Source of the DNA: Macrostomum lignano
Taxonomy: Eukaryota
Direction of reading: 5' to 3'
DNA: 64,000 nucleotides
NCBI GenBank assembly: GCA_002269645.1
Contig: NIVC01001948.1
Coordinates: forward strand, 124,001-188,000
Position 1 is the stretch's first letter, and each line of letters opens with the position of its first letter. The position numbers and the translations under genes were made by a program. The notes under the pieces were generated by a model. The model worked only from the letters and a program-made list of their open reading frames with translations. It did not search any database and was not told where the DNA came from. Shown here one piece after another: positions 1 to 12,100 of the stretch.

Positions 1-176
1 CTTGGCCAATCGCGTTTCATCTCGTGAAGACAGGTCTAAACGTGAATTGAAAAAAAATAAATAGAAGTCGAAGGAAGAGGATCGATACAAATTTATTTCT
101 GTCACTTTGTACAGAATCGAAAGCGTTACAGTCAGTACGAAATCAGTAGAATATATTCCAGATAATCAGAAATTAC

Positions 177-3100
177 CTTCATATCGCCTTCGTAAGCAAG
201 CAGCTGCACATTAGGCGAATATCGTTCTACAGTTTCATAGATAAACAGTTCGGCTTCGGGAAATTGTTGTCGAGAACGCAAATAGAGCAGGCGCAATTTC
301 TGCTGTTGTTGGCCTAAAAAATTGAGACAGACGGTGTGCATTAACGAGTTGTATTGCTTCATTGTTGTTTAACTACCGATATGTATAGACAACTAACTAA
401 CAGACAGTACCAGTTGTTAAAATTAAAACTATCGATATTAGTAGTGTACGCAGAGGGGGCCAGGCGCGATCCAGGGATAAGGGGGATCTACCAAGAGACA
501 GGGGGCGCCCACCCACCAAAAGACAGGGGCGTCCACAAGAGACAGGGGCATCCACCAAGAGAGACAGCTGCGCCCACCAAGAGACAGGGGCGACCAACAG
601 GAGACGGGCGCCCACCAAGAGACAGGGACGCTCACTAAGAGACAGGGGCGCCCACCAAGAGACAGGGACGCTCACTAAGAGACAGGGGCGCCCACCAAAA
701 GACAGGGACGCCCACCAAGAGACAGGGACGCTCACTAAGAGACAGGGACGCCCACCAAGAGACAGGGACGCCCACCAAGAGACAGGGACGCTCACTAAGA
801 GACAGGGACGCCCACCAAGAGACAGGGACGCTCACTAAGAGACAGGGGCGCCCACCAAAAGACAGGGACGCCCACCAAGAGACAGGGACGCTCACTAAGA
901 GACAGGGACGCCCACCAAGAGACAGGGACGCCCACCAAGAGACAGGGACGCTCACTAAGAGACAGGGACGCCCACCAAGAGACAAGGACGCTCACTAAGA
1001 GACCAAATATTGGCGCCACTTAGGGTTGCGGCCCCATCCAATATATCAATTCTTGCTTACGCATAGAAAATGTAAGAATTTTACACTAACCCTTACTACT
1101 ACCAATAGTAGTATTGATAGTAGCGGCGGCAGCAGCGTACACCAAATGCAACAAGGCTGTACAATCTTTGCCGCCATTGAAACCAACAGCGATAGCATCC
1201 AGTCCATAGTTACTAATAGCTCGTTTAGCAACATCGAATGCCAGTTGAAACTGGTTCAGATTGTCGGATTGTGTATCAACAATAAATTGTTCAACTTTAA
1301 TGTTGGCGCGTTTCACTGGATCCGGGTCGTAACGAACCAACTCTTTAGCGTCAAATTGATCGGTGAGAAACTTCCTACAAGCTGTCAATTCGTCCACCGT
1401 GCCAGCTTCCAGATAAATCCGAGTCTTATAATATCGATTGTGCCATTCTGGATAGCTGCCAATTGTTACGTTGGGAAATTTCGCAACCAGATGATCAATA
1501 ATTGGTGTCAGATTAATTTCGTCCCGATTAATGTAGATATTATCGGCCGTATCAATTGGTACTGGCGATGGGGAATCGTTGCTTCTAGAAGAAGCCTTGT
1601 CCGTACTGTCGACTGAGTTTGATGATTGCTGCTGATGGCTGCGACCTTTGAATTGGCTCTCCATCAGTCGGTAGGCCTTTGTTAATTGTGTGATAGTCTT
1701 TATTTTTATTATAATTTTATACCTTTACACTAAGTGCCCAGCCCAGAAAAGTCTTTTAACTTTCCGAAAAGCTTAATATAAAAAAATTCAGTTACATCTG
1801 CATCCATTTTTCAACAAATGTCAACACCTACAAGGCATAAACACGTCTACTATTGCGTCAAAAATGTTCAGCCATTGCCTTATCAGAGATGTTCTCGATA
1901 CAAGATGGATAAAGCGGTATTCACGGACTCTGTTTCAGCAGATTTTTTTCTTAATCGAACCATTTTTTTCATCAACGATTTTTTGATTAACTGCAGCCTT
2001 TCGGAAAACTACCTATAGCTAATTGAACAAGTCTCGAGACTTTTCAAACAATATTTATACGTAAAACAATGGAGGCGTTTCATAAATGACTTGTTATGGC
2101 TACAAATGCGACTATTTTCTGCAAGCTAAAAGAGTAGTGAAAAGTTCGTGCTACAAGCGATTTGTTTCATAAAAGCGTCTGTGTCTACGAACCTCGAAAC
2201 TTGTATTGGCTGACTAATTAAATACATGTAGTTGTCTACTTTTGCTCAAGCTGTAATTTTTTTTACTATAAAGCACACGTTATTCGAACCTGACTCACCA
2301 AACGCAAGTTTTATTGACTGTATTATTGTACTTATCCGACGCCCAGAGACGTAGACGTTTTTTACCATAGACGAAGAATAGCTACAGGCTTGTAAACTTG
2401 AATTTTTTGGCTAAAACTTACAAGTAGCCTTGTAGCCTTTGCTAGCTGTTTATCATTATTTTGCATCTTTAAGACTATTATCAAGTCTTGGCTGATATTT
2501 TTGCATCATGTTAAATTTCCGGTCTTAATTATGGAAACAGTAAATATTTATTTGGCCAAAGTTCAAAGAAGCAAGATGTACAGGTACCTCTCTTTACCAA
2601 TTTTAGCTTAGTTGTTTTGTATCACAAGCATTTTGACTACCGTTGCCTTCAAGGAATCAAACTAAGTTTAAGTTGCAGTTTTACATGACGCATTAGGGGG
2701 CTGTAGCCTAGTAGTTAAAGCGTCGGACTCGTGACTGAAAGGTCGGGGGTTCGATTCCCGATCCTACTGGCAAATTTGTGTCATTGAGCAAGACACCTAA
2801 CTCTACATTGCTTCAGTTCACCCAGCTGTCAAATGGGTGCCAGTATTAGCTGGGGTAATTGAGGCTGTGTGGCGACCCGCCAGTCCTTGGACTGAACAGC
2901 CGTACGCAGCCTTCAGATGCGCTGCGCAATAGCTGCGGCTGAGCTATCGATTGCATATCTGGCCCAATTGGGGCAGTTGTAATCAATTATTATTATCATT
3001 ATGACGCAATGCATTAATATGCATCTAAATTTTCAAATAATCACCTTCTTGCACAGACTTGGCACGCCAGGAAAGACGAAAACGTTGCTAACGCTAACTA

Positions 3101-3713
3101 CCGGATATTCGGAGCGTTTGCTAGTGCTAGCATCAAATCCGTAATTTAGCACAGCTGACAACGGCACCCGGCACAGCCGCATGTAAGGCTTGTGAATATA
3201 GGACTCAATTGGTTCGTTAGGATCAGCAGTTTTATCAAAATATTGTCTAACAATCGACACCAACTCAGGATGATGATGCGTCGGTTCGTTGAAGGCGCCA
3301 GCGACTGCTTCAAAAGTTACATCGTCATGCGTCGGCCCAATGCCGCCTGTGGTGATGACGTAATCATAGTTGGCTGACAGATACCGGACTCGATCGGCAA
3401 TGACCTGTTTGGAATCCGCTATGACTGACACTTCGCAAACTCGATGACCCAGCGAAGTTAACTGACGACAAAGATAATAAGTGTTGGTATCGGCAACTTG
3501 GCCTTTAAGAATTTCATCGCCAATAACCAGAAGAGCGAAACGTCTATTACTAGCGAAGCTTGGGGTCTGCTGCATTCCTGTAGTCTTTGTTTTTGCTGCT
3601 GCTGATATTGTGAAACAACGTAAGCTCTGCGCGGAACAATTTAACAAGAGTTTACGTCCAGGTCTTATCGAAGAAGCAATGTTAATTAGAAAACAATTAG
3701 ACATGCAGCGCAT
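177..3713 (-). CDS. FLAD1: Bifunctional FAD synthase (molybdopterin-binding-like domain + PAPS-reductase-like FAD synthase domain); exons 3713-3045, 1676-1091, 313-177; 3' exons lie outside the window
   Basis: Motifs LVIGDEILKGQVADTN, TTGGIGPTHDDVT, VFVFPGVP, GSYP, FNGGKDCTALLHL, LLYLRSRQQFPE; GT-AG sites join in phase 0 (CKK|AYRL) and phase 1 (G|GC); R/S/L-rich N-terminus resembles a mitochondrial presequence. Confidence 0.93.
442..1020. repeat. 20-bp minisatellite (GACAGGGACGCCCACCAAGA, about 490-1000) inside a small MITE-like element in a FLAD1 intron
   Basis: Tandem units visible directly; left end TAGTGTACGCAGAGGGGG resembles non-autonomous DNA-element termini; related diverged sequence at about 19060-19190 (opposite strand). 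Confidence 0.8.
2696..3000 (+). mobile_element. tRNA-derived SINE with CORE (MIR-like) domain, copy 1
   Basis: A box TAGCCTAGTAG 2704-2714, B box GGTTCGATTCC 2748-2758, tRNA-Thr(CGT)-like head, core TGTGTCATTGAGCAAGACACCTAAC...CAGCTGTCAAATGGG similar to MIR CORE, (ATT)n tail, possible TSD ATGACGCA (2685-2692 / 3001-3008); two more copies in window. Confidence 0.88.
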
Positions 3714-4019
3714 CAATAATTAGACAATTTCGAAGAGAAAAATCTATTCATCTTTAAAGAAATCTTTTCTTCAGTAGAATCCAAATGTTTTTAGTCATAC
3801 TTGATGATCATAAATCATAAAAGTTCGCAAGAAAAATTAAAGCGAAATTTTTAATTTCATCAAAGTGTACTCAAACAGACATATAACACCTTTACTAATG
3901 TACTATCTACCCACTGAACAGCTGTACCCATGCACTGTCCGCTTCAGCCCGTGAAGCCTCTCTATCCGACCCTCGGGTCTTTTGAAACTTTACAATAGCA
4001 ATTCGGACCGCTTAATGTT

Positions 4020-4585
4020 TGTTTCTTCTTAGCTTTCTTGTATTTTTCCCTTCTCCTCTCTTATCTTACCTCCCTCCTCTCTTCTCCCCCTCCACTATCT
4101 TCCTCCTCTCATCTCTGCATTCTCACCTCTTTTCCACTCTCCTGGGTATCTCCACTCTCTTCCCTTTCCTCTCTCCCCTCTCGTCTCTTTTCATCTTTCA
4201 TCTCTAATCTCCCCTTTATTTCTCGTCTCCCCTCTACTCTACAGTATTTCACCTCATTCTCCTCTCCCATCTTTTCTCTCTCATCTTCTATCTCACCTCC
4301 TGTCCCCTCTTCTCTCTCACCTCCTGTCTTATCTTCTCTCTCACCTCCTGTCCCCTCTTCTCTCTCTCATCTCGTCTCCCCTATCCTCTCTCACCTCATC
4401 TAACCTCTCCTCTCTCTCACCTTCTCTCCCCTCTCCTCTCTCATCTCTCGCTTCTCCTCTTATCTTATATCTAGTCTCTCCTTTCCTCTCATCTCTCCCC
4501 TCGCTCACCTACTTTCTCCTCTCATCTCCCATCTCCCCTCGCTCCTCTCCTCTACTTTCCCCTTTCTTCGATCTTCTCTCTCTCT
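4020..4585. repeat. CT-rich low-complexity (polypyrimidine) tract
   Basis: Almost exclusively C/T on the + strand with degenerate TCTC/CCTC units. Confidence 0.85.
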
Positions 4586-5614
4586 GGCCAGCAGTATTGC
4601 TCCAGATTCTACTCCTAGTCTATAGCCCTTACTCGTAAGTAAAAAAAACTGAATAAAGAAAGAACCCTGGTCTATGCACTAACCTGCCTACTGAACACCT
4701 AAGCTTATAAACTTGATCAAGGCTACAGAAAATTGAATTAAAAAAGAAAGAAACCAACAAAAATGAAGTCTTTCTGAATAATAGAAAAAACACTGAAGCA
4801 TCATTGATCATTCAATAACACTGCTAATAAATAAATATTAGTAGGCATTAATTACAACATTATTATAGTTATTAATATCGTGCTCTGTGCATTGACTTAT
4901 CTGTTTAGGCTATAAGAACTGCAGGAACACTGAATATCAAAACTTGTTAACAAGCCGTTAAATATGTAGTGATAATTTGCATAGAAAGTACTAAAATATC
5001 AGTATTAATGCTTATAACACAGTACACCAGCTACCGACAATAAGTATAAATAAAGTAAATAAAGTACACCGATTTTTATAATATAAACACACATAACGTT
5101 GATTAGGTAAGTTTTTTTAATTTTACTGCCAGAGAACAGTTTCACGCAATCAAAAATGATTAGAGGGGAAAAACATCTATAAACTACTATCGCCATGACC
5201 AGACAGAGAAAGGTGAATTAAAGACATAAATCAGTGTTCATTTGGTTTTATTGTAAGAAAACTGAAAAGCAAAAAAAAAACGTTTGCAAGCTGTTTGAGT
5301 TTTTTGAAGATCTGTAAATTAAAATTATATAATTGACTAGATTAACAAATTGCACTGCAAAGAGACACTTATTAATAAAACAAAAAGCAACGTGTTGTAA
5401 ACTTACAATGGAAAATATTAAACAAATGACTATTTATATGCTTAACTCTGGAATACAATACATAGAAGATAAAATTAAATTATTTCAATTTCTTTTTTTT
5501 ATTTTTCAGAACAATTAAACTTCTAATTTCAAAAAGTCAACTAAACAACGTAATAAGTTCATACATTAGTAAAAATGACTCAAAAAACCGTTTAATAAGA
5601 TAAGATAACAAGAC

Positions 5615-5940
5615 GTAATTGTTGTCAGGTGTAATTGCTGTCAGGTGTAATTGCTGTCAGGTGTAATTGCTGTCAGGTGTAATTGCTGTCAGGTGTAACT
5701 GCTGTCAGATGTAATTGCTGTCAGGTGTAACTGCTGTCAGGTGTAATCGCTGTCAGGTGTAATTGCTGTCAGGTGTAATTGCTGTCAGATGTAATTGCTG
5801 TCAGGTGTAATTGCTGTCAGGTGTAATTGCTGTCAGGTGTAATTGCTGTCAGATGTAATTGCTGTCAGGTGTAACTGCTGTCAGCTGTAATTACTGTCAG
5901 GTGTAATTGCTGTCAGGTGTAATTGCTGTCAGGTGTAATT
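5615..5940. repeat. 16-bp minisatellite (GTAATTGCTGTCAGGT)n
   Basis: About 20 near-identical tandem units. Confidence 0.95.
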
Positions 5941-6102
5941 TCGGTCAGTTCATTAGGCTGTTTAATTTAAGAAGAATGAAGTAAATATTTTAAAGAATTT
6001 TATAATTTTAAATTATAAAAATCATCAATCCTACTTTAAGTAGCATACTTAAGATGAGTAGTAAGCAGGAGGCATAATAACACATTTTGACGTAAATCAA
6101 AA

Positions 6103-9100
6103 TCACGGTATGCCAGCGCCAGTCTCCACAACATTTTTATTATCTCCTGTGTACCAGTCGCCGCCGTAGGCCTGCTCCGGGTGCATGCTCTTGAACCAGC
6201 TGGTCTCTTTGAATAGGAACCAAAGGCTGCTGGCCCACAGGAATACGTTGGCGTAGCCGCAGATCTGCATGCAATAAAGAAAAATAGAATTAAAAAGGAC
6301 TCAAGTTTCTCACATAATATGAATCTCAAGGGGACTGAATCTGAATCTCATAGGGACTTAATCTGAATCTCATAGGGACTTAATCTGAATCTCATAGGGA
6401 CTGAATCTGAATCTCATAGGGATTTGGGATAATCCGAATCTCATTTGGGATAATCTGAATCTCATGGGGATAATACGAATCTCTTGGAGAAAATCTGAAT
6501 CTCATGGGGATAATTTGAATCCCATGAGGAATATCTGAATCCCATGTGGATAGTCTGAATCTCATTTGAGATAATCTGAATCTCATGAAGATAATCTGAA
6601 TCCCATGAGGAATATCTGAATCTCATGGGGATAATCCGAATCTCATGGGGATAATCTGAATCTCATTTGGGATAATCTGATTCTGAAATCAGCATCCCCA
6701 TAGCAAACAACAATGGCATATCCAACTAACCAGTGAGATATTAAGACCAGTATAGGCAAACTCTTCAATATTATTGCATTCGGCGGTGCCCCGGTAGTCG
6801 GGCAGACAGGCGGTGATCTGGTGGAACAGCCGGCTACTGTAGGTCTCCAGTTTAAGAAAGCTGACACTGACCGACCAGGCAATGGAGGCGATGAACCACA
6901 GTATTGACCAGACGGCAGTCACGATGAAGTCCTGTTCGATTCATGACAGTTAGTTTTTGTAATGCGTCAGTATCAGCTGACTCGATCATCTCCTTTCTGT
7001 GGCCGTTAAGTTTTAACGTTTACTCTGTGCCAATTTACCTTGTTTCTCTTCCTTTTCTTTGTGTCCGTAACCTTCTCACTGTGTCTCTACCCTTTTTCTT
7101 GTGTTTCGACTCTATTCCGTGTCTCTACCCTTTCCCCTGTCTCTACCCTTTCCCATGTCTCTACCCTTTCCCGTGTCTCTACCCTTTCCCCTGTCTCTAC
7201 CCTTTCCCCTGTCTCTACCCTTTCCCGTGTCTCTACCCTTTCCCCTGTCTCTACCCTTTCTTCTGTCTCTACCCTTTCCCGTGTCTCTACCCTTTCCCGT
7301 GTCTCTACCCTTTCCCCTGTCTCTACCCTTTCTTCTGTCTCTACCCTTTCCCGTGTCTCTACCCTTTCCCGTGTCTCTACCCTTTCCCCTGTCTCTACCC
7401 TTTCCCGTGTCTCTACCCTTTCCCGTGTCTCTACCCTTTCCCGTGTCTCTACCCTTTCCCCTGTCTCTACCCTTTCCCATGTCTCTACCCTTTCCCGTGT
7501 CTCTACCCTTTCCCCTGTCTCTACCCTTTCCCCTGTCTCTACCCTTTCCCGTGTCTCTACCCTTTCCCCTGTCTCTACCCTTTCCCGTGTCTCTACCCTT
7601 TCCCGTGTCTCTACCCTTTCCCCTGTCTCTACCCTTTCTTCTGTCTCTACCCTTTCCCCTGTCTCTACCCTTTTACCCTGTCTCTACCCTTTCCCCTGTC
7701 TCTAACCTTTCCCGTGTCTCTACCCTTTCCCCTGTCTCTACCCTTTTACCCTGTCTCTACCCTTTCCCCTGTCTCTACCCTTTCCCATGTCTCTACCCTT
7801 TCCCGTGTCTCTACCCTTTCCCGTCTCTACCCTTTCTTCTGTCTCTACCCTTTCCCATGTCTCTACCCTTCTCCCCTGCGTCTCTACCCTTCTCCCCTGC
7901 GTCTCTACCCTTCTCCCCTGCGTATCTACCCTTCTCCCCTGCGTATCTACCCTTCTCCCCTGCGTCTCTACCCTTCTCCCCTGCGTATCTACCCTTCTCC
8001 CCTGCGTCTCTACCCTTCTCCCCTGCGTATCTACCCTTCTCCCCTGCGTCTCTACCCCCCCCCCTGCGTCTCTACCCTTCTCCGTCTTTTCTTAACTCTT
8101 TTCCTTGTGTCTCTACCATTTTTCATATGTATTTGTGTCTTTCCCATCTGTATTTGTGTCTGTTGACTGTCCTTGTGTCTTTCAAAATTTGTCCTTATCT
8201 TTCATATCTGTCCTTGTGTCTCTCCCACATCAGTTGTTTTCCCACCTGTACTTCCAGCACAATCAAGCAACTCTCAACAAGAAGCCTTATCAAACGTCAA
8301 ACTTACAATCTGCGGCACTCGATCATTGTCCCGGTAAACATTGTCGAAAAACACGTATAGCACAGTGATGCCGATAGTGTATAGAAAAGCCATAACGCCG
8401 ACAAATACATAGAACTGAGCAGAGGATGAATAACTGCCATATGGATAGTAGTCACCAGACGGTGCTAACGTCGTCAAAGCGTCTGTGCAAAACGGCGTCA
8501 CCTTTGACTGGCTCTCCATATGAAATGGATAAGCGATCTGCACAGACACGCTGCCTTTAATATTTGAATTATATTTGCACGCGTAGTTAAACTTTAGTGT
8601 CGAGCTGTAGCCCGCGGTGGTGGCAAATGCCAAGATTGCAAACAGCTGCGGGAATATTCATATATATTTAAATGATGTCCTGGTGTGTCTTGGTGTGTCC
8701 TTATGTGTCCTGATGTCAGATGTCTTGTTGTGTCCTGATTTGTCCTGGTGTGTCCTGATGTCAGATGTCTTGTTGTGTCCTGGTGTGTCCTGATGTGTCC
8801 TGTTGCGTCCTGGTGTGTCTTGATGTGTCCTGTTGTGTCCTGATGTGTCCTGATGTCTCCTGATGTGTCCTGATGTCCCCTGGTGTGTCCTGATGTCAGA
8901 TGTCTTGTTGTGTCCTGATGTGTCCTGGTGTTACCTGATGTGTCTTGATGTGTCCTGATGTCTCCTGATGTGTCCTGATGTGTCCTGATATGTCCTGTTG
9001 TGTCTTGATGTGTCCTGTTGTGTCCTGTTGTGTCCTGATGTGTCTTGATGTGTCCTGTTGTGTCCTGATGTGTCCTGATGTCTCCTGATGTGTCCTGATG

Positions 9101-12100
9101 TCCCCTGGTGTGTCCTGATGTCAGATGTCTTGTTGTGTCCTGATGTGTCCTGGTGTTACCTGATGTGTCTTGATGTGTCCTGATGTCTCCTGATGTGTCC
9201 TGATGTGTCCTGATATGTCCTGTTGTGTCTTGATGTGTCCTGTTGTGTCCTGTTGTGTCCTGATGTGTCCTGATGTGTCCTGTTGTGTCCTGTTGTGTCC
9301 TGTTGTGTCCTGATGTGTCCTGATGTGTCCTGTTGTGTCCTGTTGTGTCCTGATGTGTCCTGATGTGTCCTGTTGTGTCCTGTTGTGTCTTGATGTGTCC
9401 TGTTGTGTCCTGATGTGTCCTGATGTCTCCTGATGTGTCCTGTTGTGTCTTGATGTGTCCTGATGTCTCCTGATGTGTCCTGATGTCAGATGTCTTGTTG
9501 TGTCCTGATGTGTCCTGGTGTGTCCTGATGTGTCCTGTTGTGTCTTGATGTGTCCTGATGTCTCCTGATGTGTCCTGATGTGTCCTGATATGTCCTGTTG
9601 TGTCTTGATGTGTCCTGTTGTGTCCTGATGTGTCCTGATGTGTCCTGATGTCTCCTGATGTGTACTGATATGTCCTGTGTTCTGTTGCGTCCTGGTGTGT
9701 CTTGGTGTGTCTTGGTGTCCTGATGTGTCTTTGTGTCTTCTCAATTCAATTACAAATTACAAAATCAATTACATAGTCTTTCACAATCAAAAAATAAATG
9801 CAGGGAACTTACAAATTGAATGATTCGAATAACACCGCGTGGCTCTTTGAAGACTTCAACATTTCTTCCAGATAGCTATTAAAGTGAAATTTTAAAGTAC
9901 CAGGTAACAATGTTTTTAATAATTTTATAAGCATATAATATTTTGTTTAAGAACTTACAATACATTAGAATTAGACACAATGGTATAGGAAATGAGCCCT
10001 AATTTAGCGAGTATATGACTCAAGAAATCAATATTAAAATAGATTTGTCACATTTTTTAATTTTGATTAAAACTACATCTTGCATGTATTGCTATTAGTA
10101 TTTATAATAAACTTGTCTGTTTTACATGTACAATATACAATAGATATTTGTATTTCTTTTCAACTGTATTTAAAAAGGCAATATATATATTTCTCTATTT
10201 ACTTTAACTATTTTGTATAGGTTTTCCAGAATAAATCTTTAAGACTTTAAAACAGAGACATTAGGCCTAATCTAAAAGTGACAATTGTTTAAATTAATAT
10301 ATTTATTATTATTAACTTCATTCAAATTTTTAGATTTTAACCCAATGCAATCCCAGCAATCAAAAAGACCGACTGATAGCCAAATTGCAACTCAGTCAAT
10401 TGTTACATTTGTGCTACTATATTTTCCTGAAGATAAGACATATTCTGCCATATCTTCAGCTTCAAGCCTTTTGCCAGCCAACTTAAGAAGTACTGATCTT
10501 AGAAAGCTGGAACTAAAGTCTATTATTAGACTTACTAACAACTTTTCTGGCCATGTGGTTGCTGCTAGTGTTAAAGAGTCTAAGTTAATTAAAGCGAAAG
10601 GAAGGCTGGAAAGCCAACTTAACTTAAGAAATGACAATTCTGTAGTTGAACTTTTGGCCTTACTAGATCACAGTGATGCCAATGATGATTTGGCTAGTTC
10701 TAGCGCTTTGGATAGTAGCTATGTAGCAAGTGCTAATGGTGCTAATGCTAATACTATTGGTGCAAGCCATGAGAATCAAGATAATGCTAGTAGTGAGGAA
10801 GAAGGAAGTGAATTGGACATTGAACCTAGTTCAGTTCAGTTTGGCAATGAGGAAAATGATCAACCTGAAGTACAAAGTGCAGTTGTCTTTCAACTGAAAG
10901 AGCTAAACAATAAGCTAGCTAAGTCTATTCAGCTAAATGGCAAGATGCTAAAAGCTCAAGAATCATATGTTAGTGAAACTTGAAAGCTTTGGAAAGCTAT
11001 AGAATCTAGCAAGCAGTTTTCTGGTAATGTCAGTGGAGCAACCAAGCTACTGAAAACATTGAACCTGTCATTTTCAATTTGCCGAGGAATCAATTGTCAA
11101 AAGAATAATAAAAATGCTAAGTAAAACACCTTATCTGTTTTTGGTTGCATTACCACTAACAGTTGAGTTGACATTCTCTTTTACTTGACGCTGACACTAA
11201 GTTTTTCTACTTAGTATATTTTTACTAAATAGTTTTTCTATTTGCCTGATAAGTGGACAGATGCAATGTCCATTTAGATAGTGTATAGTAGCTAAATAGG
11301 TTAGATAGACCATAGTCATAAGTGCCTGTCTAAAATTTTAGGTCCATAAATAAAAGTGGTATAGTAATTATATCCTACTATACTCAATATGACACTCGTG
11401 TATTCTAGCATTTAGTAGAGGTGGGAATTTGAACTATTAACATCTTTTTGTAACTGTTGCTTATTTATTCTTTCCATTGAGGTGCTAGAAATTAAATGTA
11501 TTTTCAATTAGCCATATGACATTTAACATATTTTTGTAACTGTTGCTTATAAATTTATTTATTATTAGGATATAGAAAATATCTCTAAAAATAAATTCAT
11601 CATTCATTGTTTCTTTATGCAGAATTTAAAATTCATTATAGTTAGTTATGCCTAGTTTTTTTAATAATTAACCAAGAGTTGTGCTATCATTTATTTATCT
11701 TATTTTTGGGCAACAGTAGTATGTAAAAGTACGCTTCTAGGACAGATGCCTCCTATCAAACAGCACATTTGAAGGGCTAGAGAGGGGATACGAGGGGGGA
11801 TAAAAAACACAAATAAACACATCCAATCACCCACAACAATCGGGAAAAACCAAAAACACAATTAACATAGCCAATTTAGTTTGCTTAACAAAATCCTCCC
11901 CCTCGTATCCCCCTCCAGCCCTTCAAATGTTTGATAGGTGCACAGTCCTATAAATGTACTTTTACATACTACTACATTAAGATACACCCCAACACTTCCA
12001 TCTCCCATAACACTTCAAACACTTCCAATCACACACAAACTCTCTCTAACCTGCCGCCCATGCTGCAGGTGCAAAGGGTCTGAAAAGAGCGTTTTTTTGT

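Noticed and set aside
1026-1616. Plus-strand 196-aa ORF, and similarly 42996-43283
   Set aside because: Antisense shadows of real minus-strand exons
2696-2770. tRNA-Thr(CGT) gene
   Set aside because: The acceptor stem does not pair and the sequence continues into a repeated SINE body
6943-9744. Long repetitive ORFs (CLYPFP, SLPFP, HQDT types), and likewise those at 354-1019, 43271-44523, 56960-57262 and 58450-59282
   Set aside because: Translations of intronic minisatellites
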